Positions 1 through 7,831 of a stretch of DNA of 63,707 bases are shown in pieces. The translations under genes and the position numbers were made by a program. Where the stretch lies: positions 1-63,707 of IMG/VR virus record IMGVR_UViG_3300017782_000012. One strand, given 5' to 3'. Within the stretch, counting starts at the first letter, position 1, and each line of letters begins with the position of its first letter. A model generated the notes under the pieces. It was not told where the DNA came from. It did no database searches and worked only from the letters and a program-made list of their open reading frames with translations. Source of the stretch: a virus (lineage: Duplodnaviria; Caudoviricetes).

Positions 1-723
1 AACAGACCCTTCATCTTCTCCTTCTTCTCCCCCTTCGTAACCTTCTTCAGATGTACCAATGACATCTCCATAACCTTTTTCGGCATATTCTACAATCGCC
101 TCGGTAACGCCACCAAAAGGCTGGAACCCAATTGTTGTCTCAGTAAAGTCGTTTAAATTAGAAAATACTTGATGTTCTTGCTCTGCTACAACAGCGATTT
201 CAGTGCCTTTTTCTTTTGTTGTTTTGGCTTGGAAGTAAGCTCCACTACCTATGGACATAGTTCCAGCAACCCCAATTGTTCCTACTTTTTGAACCGTCTC
301 TTGTACAAAAGCGCTTAAACCAGTAGCGGCACTTGCTGTTTGAGTTGTTGCTCCAGCGGCGGCTGCAGCCGCCGTACCTTTTGCAGCTTTATCTAAAATA
401 TCTTTATTTTTTTCAGCTATCTCACTGAGCTTGTCCATAGTGGAAGTCTCAGAGGTTTCAGCCTTAACTGCTTTAGCTTCAGTTGTTTTAGCTCTTTCCT
501 CTTCTTCTATAACCTCCTCTTCAACAAACTCCTCTTCAGTATCCTGCCCACACTCCTCACAATTACAAGATTGAGCTTCTAAGCGCTTGATTCTTTGCAG
601 TAGCGCCCACGCTGTTTCTCTTGCATGACGATCTAAATCGGAGATGATTTGACTATCATCTGGATTACAGTATTTTTTTGCAAAAGCTTCCGCCTCCGCA
701 AAGTCTTTGCGATGTTCCCCCAT
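1..723 (-). CDS. Hypothetical acidic, Ala/Thr-rich protein (partial, runs off the left edge)
   Basis: Hand translation from ATG at 723 (MGEHRKDFAEAEAFAKKYC...) stays open to position 1. It is absent from the ORF track. A GTGTA motif lies 10 nt upstream. Confidence 0.8.
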   Translation of the reverse strand, partial: MGEHRKDFAEAEAFAKKYCNPDDSQIISDLDRHARETAWALLQRIKRLEAQSCNCEECGQDTEEEFVEEEVIEEEERAKTTEAKAVKAETSETSTMDKLSEIAEKNKDILDKAAKGTAAAAAAGATTQTASAATGLSAFVQETVQKVGTIGVAGTMSIGSGAYFQAKTTKEKGTEIAVVAEQEHQVFSNLNDFTETTIGFQPFGGVTEAIVEYAEKGYGDVIGTSEEGYEGGEEGEDEGSV

Positions 724-733
724 CGCATATAAT

Positions 734-739
734 TACACA
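734..739 (-). promoter_or_regulatory. GTGTA motif (putative phage-specific promoter)
   Basis: TGTGTA, 10 nt before ATG 723. Confidence 0.6.
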
Positions 740-794
740 CTAGAAATAAAAAACGATAAAATAATTATATTTTTATCTAAAAAAATGAATTAAA

Positions 795-800
795 AGTGTA
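795..800 (+). promoter_or_regulatory. AGTGTA motif (putative phage-specific promoter)
   Basis: 9 nt before ATG 810. Confidence 0.7.
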
Positions 801-809
801 ACTACCGTT

Positions 810-1118
810 ATGGATCATTGGACAGTCATATCCTCATTAACCTCCGCTATATTCGGAGGAGCTTTATGGGGGTATTTAGGTAAAAGATTGAAGTCAGAAG
901 AGCAGATAAAAAAATTAGATTATCAGACAGAAGCAATCCTGCGTGATAACCTAATTGATAGAGTAGGTAAGTTAGAAGGCTTACTTATAGAGTCCTCTGA
1001 TGAGAAAAAGGCAATGAGAGAACAAATTAGAGAACTAACAGTTCAGGTGGCTGAACTCAAAGTAGAAATCAAATTCCTTAGGGAGGAAAATAAAGAGCTT
1101 AGAGAAGGAAGGGATTAG
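810..1118 (+). CDS. Small membrane-anchored coiled-coil protein (possibly lysis-related)
   Basis: N-terminal hydrophobic segment (VISSLTSAIFGGALWGYL) followed by a heptad-rich coiled coil; AGTGTA motif upstream. Confidence 0.7.
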   Translation: MDHWTVISSLTSAIFGGALWGYLGKRLKSEEQIKKLDYQTEAILRDNLIDRVGKLEGLLIESSDEKKAMREQIRELTVQVAELKVEIKFLREENKELREGRD

Positions 1119-1351
1119 CCCTCCACAGCATAACTCAAGAACTCTGGTCTTCCGGGTTCATGATAATCATTTTTAAATGTAACTATCTTAACTCTTACAC
1201 CATTAACTTCGACATAACCAGACATGAATTGTCTGCCATCTTTAGCTTTCTTGATCCAGTGAGCGCCTACTTTAATATGCTTAGACTTGTCCGAAGAGTT
1301 CTCTTGCTGCTTCGATGAAGTCACGCCTTGCGTTTGATGGGAGTCTTGCAT
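1115..1351 (-). CDS. Small DUF736-like beta-rich protein (start uncertain: 1351, 1357 or 1399)
   Basis: KVGAHWIKKAKDGRQFMSGYVEV...FKND...PEF resembles the GAxW..K...G..Y.S pattern of DUF736-type proteins. Confidence 0.55.
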   Translation of the reverse strand: MQDSHQTQGVTSSKQQENSSDKSKHIKVGAHWIKKAKDGRQFMSGYVEVNGVRVKIVTFKNDYHEPGRPEFLSYAVEG

Positions 1352-1445
1352 ACTCATTTTTGAATCGTCTGTAATTTCGTTTGCTGATCGCTTGCTCATT
1401 TAATAAAAATAGTTTTCTAATTTCTTTTGATTTTTTACCACTCAT
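1281..1445 (-). CDS. Hypothetical 54-aa basic protein missed by the ORF track
   Basis: MSGKKSKEIRKLFLLNEQAISKRNYRRFKNEYARLPSNARRDFIEAARELFGQV*; its ATG overlaps the upstream TGA (ATGA coupling at 1442-1445). Confidence 0.65.
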   Translation of the reverse strand: MSGKKSKEIRKLFLLNEQAISKRNYRRFKNEYARLPSNARRDFIEAARELFGQV

Positions 1446-1903
1446 AATTTTGCTATATAACTCTCTGAATCCTTTATGAATCCAAGTTTATTATAAAGCT
1501 TTTTCACTTTATCTCTACTTGGAGACTTCTCAGAGCATCCCATTTGTATATATTCGAATTTGTTGTCTCTTGCGAACTTTATCGCTGTTGCGAATAATTT
1601 GTATCCCACCTTTGGGTTATCTGATAGCCAGATATATTCTGAAAAGATCTCCCTACCATGCCTTGGTCCTTTATCTTTAATAAATAGAATAGCAGCATCA
1701 TAATTGCCTGAATCATTTAGGTTAGCCCAAACAAAAACATTGAATGCCAACATCTTGTCATGACCAAAAGCTTGCTTGAGAGAATCTACGCCATTAGGTA
1801 ACAGATAATGGTAAGTGTTATCAGGGTTACTTAAATCTAAACAGTCTGAGATATCGTCTGCCGCTTTACAGAATTCTTTAGCATGGATAATCCTCTTGAT
1901 CAT
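1442..1903 (-). CDS. GNAT-fold acetyltransferase-like protein
   Basis: VGYKLFATAIKFAR...KLYNKLGF is a typical GNAT C-terminal pattern. Confidence 0.6.
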   Translation of the reverse strand: MIKRIIHAKEFCKAADDISDCLDLSNPDNTYHYLLPNGVDSLKQAFGHDKMLAFNVFVWANLNDSGNYDAAILFIKDKGPRHGREIFSEYIWLSDNPKVGYKLFATAIKFARDNKFEYIQMGCSEKSPSRDKVKKLYNKLGFIKDSESYIAKL

Positions 1904-2715
1904 TTATGCAAAATAGCGACGAACTTCCTGACTTCTTTCACCGGGATATCAGACCAGCACTTCCAAGTTTTCACCAATTCTGCGTCATCGTCAGATATAA
2001 CTTGATCTCTCCAGAAATCCCTAAGAAGATTTAAAAACTCTTCGAATGTATCTATGCCCTTCTTTGCTCTAAGATGCTTCTGGAGTAGAGCTATAGGAGT
2101 TGTAGCCGCCGCCTCTACAGACTCCACAGTGACACTATTATCAGCCCCTTTAGATTTATCTATCTCATCAGCCCCAACGATATGGACATTCAAGAAGTTC
2201 CTCACACAACGAACAAAAGCTCTATTGCAAGCGATAGTTTCAAGGAATTTAGAAGCAAACGAATCTGTATTATCTAATGTAGCGTTAGCTACGTCTTCAT
2301 AAATAGTATTCACGCCAACACTTTCGTAATTACCTATCCATACTATCCTGCAGGTAGCTTTCACATGACCATGAGCAATATTCTCCGTCTTAAAAGACAC
2401 ACTCTCAAAACCTCGCAACTTGGCCAACTCTTTGATTCCACCAAGCATAATCAATAACTGGTTATCTTTTAATCCTTCCGTAGAGTCTGGGAAAGGTTTA
2501 TTTCTCAAGGTGAACCAATCCCTATTAGGGTAGAGAAAGTCAGGCTTAATCATAGCTCTCCAGTTTATAGAGCCATCTTCATTAAAAATGTAATCTACAT
2601 TCTTTAACAACCCATGATTGTCTCTTTGATAAATGTCAGGGCCAAAGACCTTTTCTTTAGCCGCCTTCTTCACCACTTTCTTAACCGCTTTCTTTGCTAC
2701 TTTTTTCTTGATCAT
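1900..2715 (-). CDS. Putative Rad52/Redbeta-like single-strand annealing protein
   Basis: DVANATLDN...ETIACNRAFVRCVRNFLNV...ADEI resembles the conserved helix of phage SSAPs; Lys/Ala-rich N-terminus. Confidence 0.5.
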   Translation of the reverse strand: MIKKKVAKKAVKKVVKKAAKEKVFGPDIYQRDNHGLLKNVDYIFNEDGSINWRAMIKPDFLYPNRDWFTLRNKPFPDSTEGLKDNQLLIMLGGIKELAKLRGFESVSFKTENIAHGHVKATCRIVWIGNYESVGVNTIYEDVANATLDNTDSFASKFLETIACNRAFVRCVRNFLNVHIVGADEIDKSKGADNSVTVESVEAAATTPIALLQKHLRAKKGIDTFEEFLNLLRDFWRDQVISDDDAELVKTWKCWSDIPVKEVRKFVAILHK

Positions 2716-3832
2716 AAATGTAAAAGTGTTTCAACTCCTCCCAATACTCAGGAGTATCAATCACTTTGTCGTTAGAGTCAAGACCTTTTTTGAAATGAGC
2801 GTAGCTTTTGTAGATTTTTTCTCCCTCTACAATATTCTTGTTGGTTAAGAACTTTGTGTTAGGGCCACAGTCAATCTTGTCGTTTAACTCGTCTTTGACG
2901 TGGACTTGAGTATCAAAATATTTGTTCCTAATGCTAGGGAGATCTGAATCTCCTTCCACCAAGAGGATGAAATCAATACCCCACTTCTTTAAAGTGTCTA
3001 TATACACCTGAGGGATAGTATCTTCCTTGTCTTGAATTGTATAAATGATTTTTTTTATATTTCCTTGGCACACCATCAACATCTTTAATTGAGGGAGTTG
3101 ATCTGTAATCATGACGATCTCATGATTACGGCAAAAATACAGTAAAGGCTCTTCCTCCACCCCATAGTCTACCCGCAAGAATATTTGTTTAGGTAGACCT
3201 TTGACTATAGTCGTAGGGACCACTTCAACGATTTTCTGATAAAAGGAGTCTCCAATATTAATTGTTTTAAAATCAAAACACTTAGATCCCACCCCGCACA
3301 AATCTAGTAATTTTTTGCAGACCGATTCTGGCAAGATAGAATCTATCTGCCTATCAGGATCTTCATCAGAGAAGCATGGTCTACTGTTCCAATCCGGCTC
3401 CAAACAAACTTTATTTTTTGCGCTACCCCAAAATGGCTTTGTATTATTAGCATAATTATTCCCATGTAACGTCAAAGTCTTGACGCCTTGAGTACTTGCA
3501 TACTGAGCTAAATGGCTGTCTGGACCAATATACATAAGACTTTTAGAGATCACATATGCTTGGTTCTTAAACTTACAGTCTAAATGCCTATCCACCCCCA
3601 CAACAGGCTTATCTCCTCCTATTTGATAAATTTTTATACCACTTTTCAATAGGGTTGGTTTGACCAACTGAAAAACCGTAGAGTAATGCTTATAAATTTT
3701 AGAAGACGACTTCTCTCCATCATAAAAGACAATGTATTTCTCATCTAAACATGGGAAATAATGCTTCTGAATTTCAGGTTTAGAAATTTTAACCCCCAAA
3801 TTTTTAGCGTATTCCTGAATTAAATGAGACAT
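2681..3832 (-). CDS. Glycosyltransferase family 9-like C-terminal domain plus unknown domain
   Basis: YIGPDSHLAQYASTQGVKTLTLHG matches the GT9 'GnDSGpmHlAaalgvptvalfG' motif. Confidence 0.65.
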   Translation of the reverse strand: MSHLIQEYAKNLGVKISKPEIQKHYFPCLDEKYIVFYDGEKSSSKIYKHYSTVFQLVKPTLLKSGIKIYQIGGDKPVVGVDRHLDCKFKNQAYVISKSLMYIGPDSHLAQYASTQGVKTLTLHGNNYANNTKPFWGSAKNKVCLEPDWNSRPCFSDEDPDRQIDSILPESVCKKLLDLCGVGSKCFDFKTINIGDSFYQKIVEVVPTTIVKGLPKQIFLRVDYGVEEEPLLYFCRNHEIVMITDQLPQLKMLMVCQGNIKKIIYTIQDKEDTIPQVYIDTLKKWGIDFILLVEGDSDLPSIRNKYFDTQVHVKDELNDKIDCGPNTKFLTNKNIVEGEKIYKSYAHFKKGLDSNDKVIDTPEYWEELKHFYIYDQEKSSKESG

Positions 3833-5718
3833 TACGTAAGAGAAAATTGATTTTTAGAAATACCATTATGGGAATAGCAAACCGATTTTTGGGTTGTAGC
3901 ATGAGGATAAAAAGCCGCATTAAATAACCCATCTGATTTACCAACACCCTCAAAAGCTAAGCAGTTTTCTATTTCTGGGGTGTACTTCATTAACTTATGA
4001 ACGTATTTATTATCTTCTATTAGTTCGAAATATTCAAGTTTTGTAAATACATAAATATTATACCCTTTATAGAGGCTTTTAAATTTCTTCATCAATGAAT
4101 TAACCAATAATATATCTACTTCAGATTGAGGGATTACCACAGCTATTCTTTGACCCTTATCATCGTCTCCCAGAAGATCTGACAACGAAGGGATATTAGA
4201 TTTTCGTATCTGTTGATTAGCAACATTTTTAAAGTGTTGGACAATATCTTCTGCACTCTGGCCAGATAACATACTTTTTATCCAATGTTTAACGCTTGTA
4301 GAGTTCCTATCTACATCTTCATCGAGAATGTTTTTGTAACAATCAATAACTAAGTCAGAGTGTTCTTGATTGTTTTCTGGGATGTAATCTGGGTTGTAGT
4401 CTCTAGCTTTAGAAGTGAAATCATAATCCACTTCAGGCATATCATCTATGATATTCTCAAGTTGTTTACCAATAACCTCTATCGAAAAGTTATCTATAGC
4501 CCACTGCCTAGCCACCTTGCCTAAATCAGATTTTTTACCCGGAGACATCTTGTAGACCCGATCAATCTGTTGGCAAATAGATCGAGGGCATGTGGAAGCT
4601 TTAATGAATTGTGTACCCGGCTCTCTATATTCATTCCAAGCTAAAGGTATTCCTCCAGACTCTTCAGTGCAGTTATCCTCCCCACACGAGTAATCTGTCA
4701 CTAATGTAATCAGCTCTGTAAGTTTAGCTTCTTGGATAGGAATCTCTTGGCCCCCGCTCGTGAATGGGTGGCAATAAACATCCATGAGATTGTAAACCTC
4801 ATTAAGCTGAGTCTCTGTCACACCCTTCTTCGTATTCGCTGTATTGACAGACTTCTCTGATCCACAGTTAACACATTTTTGTTCCTGACCTTTATAAGGT
4901 GAGACATGATGATGATCACATTTAGAGCAGACATAAGTAGTCAATATATCAGAATTATTAATACCCTTTTCTGCCATTAATTTGGGTATATCCCAACCCT
5001 CTTTCCAATGAGTGTGTAAAAGTAATTTTGTATTTGAATCGGGATTTTCACTCTTGAAAAGTTTAAACCCTTCCAGAATATTAGGGACAGACTTCCTTAA
5101 CTGATTTCTGAAAACAAAACCTATAATAAATTCATCAGATAACCCACTATCAGACCGCAAACCTTTCCTTTCCTCTTCTTCAAGCTTCAAAAAATTAGAA
5201 CAATCTAGAGAGCCTCTTAGGGTTTTGACATGATTATAGCCTAGTTTTTTCATAGCTTTCTCTGCGAAGCTAGCCCAAACATAGTAATGCTTAGTTTTAG
5301 GGGCATACTGAATAGCTTGATCAAGAATAGGCAGACTATCTAACGTAGTCCACAACATACAATTAATCTTATTCCACCAAGGTTTCATGTGATAGCCTCT
5401 AAAACCCCAAATGTCCTCCATACCAATGTAGACATCAGGCTTAAACTCTCTTACAGCCTTATCCACAAGGCTGAAACCATATCCCTCCATCCTTTTCTCG
5501 TCAGCATTTAAACCTGCTAACTGAGCGGCGGAAGGAAGAGAACCTGCAGCCTCCCAAGGTAGGATTTGCATAGCCGGATCAGACCAATGACGGCCATTAG
5601 CCAATTCAAATAACTCATACTTACCTGTATCATGTAGGTAACGCATGATATTCTTTTTATTTTTGCCAAAACCTGTGAAAGCTTTACAAAAATTAGAATG
5701 AATTAATACCTTCTTCAC
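3832..5718 (-). CDS. Glycosyltransferase family 4 (GT-B) with Zn-ribbon insert and C-terminal GT9-like N-domain
   Basis: TGFG N-terminal motif, RNQLRKSVP, YNLMDVYCHPFTSGGQEIPIQEA; CSKC/CVNC insert. Confidence 0.8.
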   Translation of the reverse strand: MKKVLIHSNFCKAFTGFGKNKKNIMRYLHDTGKYELFELANGRHWSDPAMQILPWEAAGSLPSAAQLAGLNADEKRMEGYGFSLVDKAVREFKPDVYIGMEDIWGFRGYHMKPWWNKINCMLWTTLDSLPILDQAIQYAPKTKHYYVWASFAEKAMKKLGYNHVKTLRGSLDCSNFLKLEEEERKGLRSDSGLSDEFIIGFVFRNQLRKSVPNILEGFKLFKSENPDSNTKLLLHTHWKEGWDIPKLMAEKGINNSDILTTYVCSKCDHHHVSPYKGQEQKCVNCGSEKSVNTANTKKGVTETQLNEVYNLMDVYCHPFTSGGQEIPIQEAKLTELITLVTDYSCGEDNCTEESGGIPLAWNEYREPGTQFIKASTCPRSICQQIDRVYKMSPGKKSDLGKVARQWAIDNFSIEVIGKQLENIIDDMPEVDYDFTSKARDYNPDYIPENNQEHSDLVIDCYKNILDEDVDRNSTSVKHWIKSMLSGQSAEDIVQHFKNVANQQIRKSNIPSLSDLLGDDDKGQRIAVVIPQSEVDILLVNSLMKKFKSLYKGYNIYVFTKLEYFELIEDNKYVHKLMKYTPEIENCLAFEGVGKSDGLFNAAFYPHATTQKSVCYSHNGISKNQFSLT

Positions 5719-6200
5719 TGACGAGACTTAAGTTCTTGGTTCTTGGTAAACCTAAAAGCATAAAGCTCTTGAAGAGCAAATTTTAAAAACTCTAGTAAAC
5801 AATAAGACTCTGACATTTCGACTCCAATGCCAAATTTGTTAGTAGAATTTCTTACTATACCGAAAGAAAAAGCATTTTCTCTCCCTTCTCTTAGCCAAGG
5901 TTTGAAAGAGATCTGAGTTTTATTATCCTCGTAAGAGTGGTAAGCTGAAAAATCTTTGTAGTTTTCTACAGCATTGATAAAACCGCCGATTTCCACCTCA
6001 TTCAACTTAATAGAAATTGAATTCTCTGGGTTTTTCGCGTTTTGAGAAAAAGACCCTGTTTTCTTCTGGTTGTCCCAAGAAAATTGTCTTACAGCCCTAA
6101 CATAAACACAAGGCTCTCCTGAGCGTCCTGTAGCCCCAATATCGAAACTGAAAGCGCATCCTGTGTTTCTGGGGTTAGGTTTATAAATCTGAACAATCAT
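5715..6200 (-). CDS. Whirly-like ssDNA-binding protein (putative)
   Basis: Motif order IYK...LNEVEIGGFI...YH...FKPW...FSFGI...E...L..FL.FAL parallels Whirly proteins as recalled. Confidence 0.5.
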   Translation of the reverse strand: MIVQIYKPNPRNTGCAFSFDIGATGRSGEPCVYVRAVRQFSWDNQKKTGSFSQNAKNPENSISIKLNEVEIGGFINAVENYKDFSAYHSYEDNKTQISFKPWLREGRENAFSFGIVRNSTNKFGIGVEMSESYCLLEFLKFALQELYAFRFTKNQELKSRQ

Positions 6201-6205
6201 ACACG

Positions 6206-6233
6206 ATTGTATGAATTTCTGAGCTTAATTCAA
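6206..6233 (-). promoter_or_regulatory. Sigma70-like promoter, leaderless geometry
   Basis: TTGAAT-16-TACAAT-5-ATG(6200). Confidence 0.6.
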
Positions 6234-6240
6234 ATTAATA

Positions 6241-6246
6241 AGTGTA
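6241..6246 (+). promoter_or_regulatory. AGTGTA motif
   Basis: 9 nt before ATG 6256. Confidence 0.7.
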
Positions 6247-6255
6247 TATATAAGC

Positions 6256-6435
6256 ATGGATAATTTTGATGTTGACCCTGAAGTGGCCAAGAGTATTAGA
6301 GAGAAATTTGGCATAAGTAAAGACACTTTTAAAAATAGAGCAGACTTCATGGTCAAGTCCGAAAGAGACAGAGAAGATGTGGTAAAGCTCTTAGCTCTTA
6401 TAAAGCAACTCAGAGATGAGGAAGCTAGCTGCTAG
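6256..6435 (+). CDS. Hypothetical 59-aa protein missed by the ORF track
   Basis: MDNFDVDPEVAKSIREKFGISKDTFKNRADFMVKSERDREDVVKLLALIKQLRDEEASC*; fills the gap and has AGTGTA 9 nt upstream. Confidence 0.75.
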   Translation: MDNFDVDPEVAKSIREKFGISKDTFKNRADFMVKSERDREDVVKLLALIKQLRDEEASC

Positions 6436-7495
6436 AGTTGTTATCTAAGATCGGCTCTGTTATATTTTTTGTAATAAACTCCCTATTATCTCTAAAGATA
6501 GGGATCTTACATAGTCTATTGTAACTCTGGGAAAAAGAATCTATAATATTCATTATAGTCTCAACCCTAGAAGACTCATATAGATAAACCTCTTTCAAAT
6601 ACTGTAGCAGATACTGGATAGCCTTTTTTCTCAACTCTATCTGGTAAAAATCATTATAAAGACTTCTATCCTCCTCTATAGACATCTTTGCTGACACATC
6701 CTTTATCAATGACCTCTCGACATCTTGATTAAGACCAAGGAATAAAACCATATTAGCTATGTCAGAATATACATGCCCTTTACAGGCATACCTCAAATCC
6801 TTAAAAAGGAATTGGTCGCCAGTAACGAAAATAGAGTTTTTAGATATGTCCCCTAATATATTACCTGTATAAACTTTAGGGAGGTTTTGGAGCTGATCTT
6901 TGATTTCAGACTTGAGGCAGTCTATGATCATTTTTGATTTGCCGAAATCTGAATTACGTTCGATAAAAGATATTTGATCCGCATCAAAGCAAGAAGACAT
7001 ATCCGATTCTAATAGAAAATCTTTAATTAGAGTCTTATAAGTTATTCTATAATTAGCAAACTTAGAAAAATCCACGTAACAACCGCAAAAACTATGGAAT
7101 TCTCGTGTTAATTGAGACCTTCCGTAATCGAACAGAGGTTCAGAATGGCTTGACTCAGTCAATAAAAACAAAAGTTTGTCACCTATTTTCACCTCACCAC
7201 TATCAATATACCTTGTTGAGAATATTGATTTGGAATTTTTTACATTTTTAATCTCCCTTTTAAACTTAACGCTGTCGTAATCCAAGGAGAATTTTAAATC
7301 AAAGATTCTATCTCCACTTTCTAGTTTGTAGAAATCATAATCCTCTTCTATATAAACTAAAGAGATCTTATCAATATCGATATCTTCCGAACACTGAGAC
7401 AAGATCTTCTCTATAATTTGGGTCTCGACAGAATTGATCCCCTGACTAGCGGGTAAGCTATATAATCTATCCTTGAAGATGGAACTGATTTTCAT
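6425..7495 (-). CDS. APH/choline-kinase-like fold protein with degenerate catalytic motifs
   Basis: LGDISKNSIF...FKDLRYACKGHVYSDIA versus HGDL..xNIL...IDFEYA..G....DLA. Start moved to ATG 7495, which has TATAAT 6 nt upstream. Confidence 0.6.
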   Translation of the reverse strand: MKISSIFKDRLYSLPASQGINSVETQIIEKILSQCSEDIDIDKISLVYIEEDYDFYKLESGDRIFDLKFSLDYDSVKFKREIKNVKNSKSIFSTRYIDSGEVKIGDKLLFLLTESSHSEPLFDYGRSQLTREFHSFCGCYVDFSKFANYRITYKTLIKDFLLESDMSSCFDADQISFIERNSDFGKSKMIIDCLKSEIKDQLQNLPKVYTGNILGDISKNSIFVTGDQFLFKDLRYACKGHVYSDIANMVLFLGLNQDVERSLIKDVSAKMSIEEDRSLYNDFYQIELRKKAIQYLLQYLKEVYLYESSRVETIMNIIDSFSQSYNRLCKIPIFRDNREFITKNITEPILDNNSSS

Positions 7496-7501
7496 TATAT
7501 T

Positions 7502-7507
7502 ATTATA
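7502..7507 (-). promoter_or_regulatory. -10 element, leaderless geometry
   Basis: TATAAT-6-ATG(7495), immediately after a terminator hairpin. Confidence 0.5.
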
Positions 7508-7510
7508 AAT

Positions 7511-7540
7511 AAAACCCACCCCTTTTAAAGGGTGGGTTTT
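7511..7540. terminator. Intrinsic terminator hairpin (possibly bidirectional)
   Basis: AAAACCCACCC-CTTTTAAA-GGGTGGGTTTT inverted repeat with A/T flanks. Confidence 0.8.
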
Positions 7541-7580
7541 AAGTATGCAATGCAGTAAACAACAAATTATATAAGCTTGA

Positions 7581-7796
7581 CTAGCTTACTTTACCAAAAG
7601 TCTTAGACGCAATACGGACTCCACTGACACTTGTTTTAGCCAAGCGGCGGGTGCGATTGAAATTGCGATCATAGATCACAATTGTTTGATCTGTTTCTGA
7701 TTGAAGCTGAGCATTAAGAACTTCTCCCTGTTTAGTATAAAGACCGAAGAAACGACCTTTACTATTCCTAATAGCTTTAAGTAACCTTTGATTCAT
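7581..7796 (-). CDS. Hypothetical small basic beta-rich protein
   Basis: 71-aa ORF with its own sigma70-like promoter and a downstream terminator. Confidence 0.75.
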   Translation of the reverse strand: MNQRLLKAIRNSKGRFFGLYTKQGEVLNAQLQSETDQTIVIYDRNFNRTRRLAKTSVSGVRIASKTFGKVS

Positions 7797-7802
7797 ATGA
7801 AT

Positions 7803-7831
7803 ACATTAAGATATAATGACTTTTTTGTCAA
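7803..7831 (-). promoter_or_regulatory. Sigma70-like promoter, leaderless geometry
   Basis: TTGACA-17-TAATGT-6-ATG(7796). Confidence 0.65.
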
